From Lama guanicoe (Eukaryota): 64,000 nucleotides of DNA. Positions 63,629-64,000 of the stretch are shown here, in pieces. Position numbers and translations under genes: made by a program. Positions within the stretch are counted from its first letter, which is position 1. Every line of letters begins with the position of its first letter. Location of the stretch: NCBI GenBank assembly GCA_013239625.1, contig MU053594.1:2794127-2858126 (forward strand), given 5' to 3'. The notes beneath the pieces were generated by a model. That model saw only the letters and a list, made by a program, of their open reading frames with translations, was not told the origin of the DNA and ran no database searches.

Positions 63629-64000
63629 GTCACTCTGGGCAAACTCAGTTTTCTTTAGGAGGTGAGACGTCCCTCAAAACTCCTTCTAACAGAGGGAGAG
63701 GATGGTTTTCTATGTAAATCAAAACTAACAAATTTTGAAATAAAAAGCACTTACAAATTAAGAAGTAAATGTGAGTTTTCCATACATGCAGTGTAAGTAA
63801 CACTTCAATTGGGAGCATGAGGTATTTATCTCAAAAAGAAATACCTGATAGCACCAGTGAAATTACCAACTCTAGCCAGGCCATTCTGGATCTATCTCAT
63901 ATCTTTTTTGTGTCTCATTCATTCATTTAATTAAACAAACATTTGTTGTGCCAGACACTGCTCTAAGGCACTCGGGAGGAACAACAACAAAGGTTCCTGC

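Overview
Mammalian, CpG-depleted, repeat-rich genomic DNA with no CpG island and no recognisable protein-coding exon. It looks like a large intron or an intergenic region. Three tRNA-derived SINEs of the Vic-1 type and the L1 3' ends suggest a camelid (alpaca, llama or camel). A large part of the window is transposable-element debris: a ~4.7 kb decayed L1 with an internal ORF2 deletion, several 5'-truncated L1 3' ends (some with clear TSDs), many ancient MIR, L2 and L3 fragments, MaLR/ERVL solo LTRs, and hAT and Tigger DNA-transposon MITEs. The only ORFs with recognisable protein content are L1 remnants. Repeat family names come from recalled consensus sequences, not from a search, and boundaries of old elements are approximate. 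I found no convincing novel biological system. The best leads are a speculative TATA-plus-splice-site chain at 42.3-43.9 kb, an inverted L3/CR1 pair, a miR-95-like L2 tail-to-tail hairpin and several structural rearrangements inside L1 copies.
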